Shown in pieces: positions 62,856 through 64,000 of a stretch of DNA of 64,000 nucleotides. Each line of letters begins with the position of its first letter. Positions within the stretch are counted from its first letter, which is position 1. The stretch spans positions 14,446,001 through 14,510,000 of the forward strand of contig CM114271.1 in the NCBI GenBank assembly GCA_050084515.1, given 5' to 3'. The translations under genes were made by a program, and so were the position numbers. The notes below the pieces were generated by a model. That model worked only from the letters and a program-made list of their open reading frames with translations. It made no database searches and was not told where the DNA came from. The stretch comes from Blasia pusilla. Its lineage: Eukaryota.

Positions 62856-64000
62856 CCTGCTCAGATGTGAGCCGGGTTCCCGCATTCATGGGATTGGCGA
62901 ACTTCTATCGGCGATACGTCAAGGGATTCAATTTGATTGCGAAGCCACTAACCTTGGTGACCAAGGTGGATCACGAGTGGCACCAGGGGGATGAGCAAGA
63001 GCGAGCATTTCAGTTGCTCAAGGAGAGGTTGACGTCTGCGCCCATCTTGAGGAGACCGATCAGGGGGCGTCCTTTTCAATTGCACACAGATTGAAGCATA
63101 TTGGGACTTGGAGCGGTGCTCACCCAGCATGATGATGAGGATAGAGAGTTCATGGTGGCTTGCGCTAGCCGCTCGAACAACGCTGCAGAGGCAAAGTACA
63201 ACTCGTATGAGGGTGAGTGCTTGGCTGCGGTGTGGGCTGTCACGCATTTCACGTGTTCCTTATTCGGCGACCCCTTTACCATCATCACTGATCATCAACC
63301 ACCGAAGTGGTTGATGGAGTCCGACAAGCTTACAGGGAAGCTTGCGAGATGAGCTCTGTTGTTGCAGGAGTATGATTTTCAGGTGGTACATAGACCTGGG
63401 ATGCTCAACCAAGATGCAGATGGGTTGAGTCGTAACCCATGCCCAAGTCAGCGAGATGCGACTGGAGCTTGATGGCATGGAGAGAGTGATGAGGAGTTGG
63501 TGCTAGGATGGCACGCGTCAGCCTATTTAGGCATGTTGGCTATGGAGAGCCATAGTGTGGAGACTTCGATGGCGAGGTCTAATGGAGAGTCCTTGGATCC
63601 CGAGGCCAGTGAGGAGACGACAGATGGCCGAGATATTCATGATGATGGAGTAGTCTTGGAGTACCTTCGTACTGGCAGCGATGCGAGCACTCTGGGTGCT
63701 AGAGAGCGAGATCGGATCCTACAACGGGCCAGACGGTTACGTTGGGAGGGGACACATGTTTTGAGGGTTTGGGAGGATGGCAAAGTACGCGTAGTGCCGC
63801 ATCCTTTGTAGAGAGCACGATTAGTGTAGCATGCCCACGAGGAGTTGGGTCACTTTGGGGTGAAGCGGACGTACAGCTTGCTCCAGATTCAGTATTGGTG
63901 GCGAGGCATGCAGACAGACGTTGAGCATTTTGTTGCCTAATGCATGGTGTGTGATCGGGTTCGAGCCTCATTCAATGCTCCGACTCCACACTTGCATCCA

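Larger units (their letters stand above)
54602..64000 (+). mobile_element. Family-X element copy 2: partial A, duplicated leader, gag (2 zinc knuckles), PR, DNMT, RT, RNase H, integrase HHCC; runs off the right edge
   Basis: Gag about 56400-57900 with CWSCGGVHHQHDC and (C>R)DYCQRYGHTRARC; protease ILLDSRAQPL near 58605; RT LDLRAGYHQ, FLPFGLKNA, YIDDIVVFS; RNase H FQLHTD*S...YNSYEGECLA...ITDHQP; integrase HEELGHFG...CMVC. Domain order PR-RT-RH-INT is Ty3/Gypsy. Confidence 0.93.

Noticed and set aside
40216-64000. DIRS/Ngaro tyrosine-recombinase element, suggested by the split repeats and a methyltransferase
   Set aside because: I see an aspartic protease and an HHCC/DDE integrase but no recognisable YR motifs; the methylase is C5-cytosine type, not the adenine-type MT of DIRS. 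A YR in deleted parts cannot be fully excluded.

Overview
Eukaryotic, intron-containing plant DNA; a moss such as Physcomitrium is my inference from gene and repeat style, not verified. Host genes: the 5' part of a meiotic MutS homolog MSH4 (minus strand, 11 coding exons visible, continuing off the left edge) and two intact 3-exon DUF604/fringe-like glycosyltransferase paralogs about 23 kb apart. Most of the rest is nested, decayed transposons. The main finding is two related Ty3/Gypsy-like families, which I label X and Y. They combine four unusual traits: (i) a DNMT3-like C5-cytosine methyltransferase domain between protease and RT in the Pol reading frame (seen in family X and one unassigned relic); (ii) a PHD finger at the C-terminus of a DDE integrase; (iii) a Tf1-like self-priming site in place of a tRNA PBS (checkable only in Y); (iv) 'split' terminal repeats A-internal-B-NN-A-B instead of ordinary LTRs. 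That layout is what a 2-LTR circle opened at an internal CA-NN-TG site would give. All copies here are pseudogenised. Ordinary solo LTRs with perfect 5-bp TSDs, copia relics, MITEs and tandem repeats are also present.
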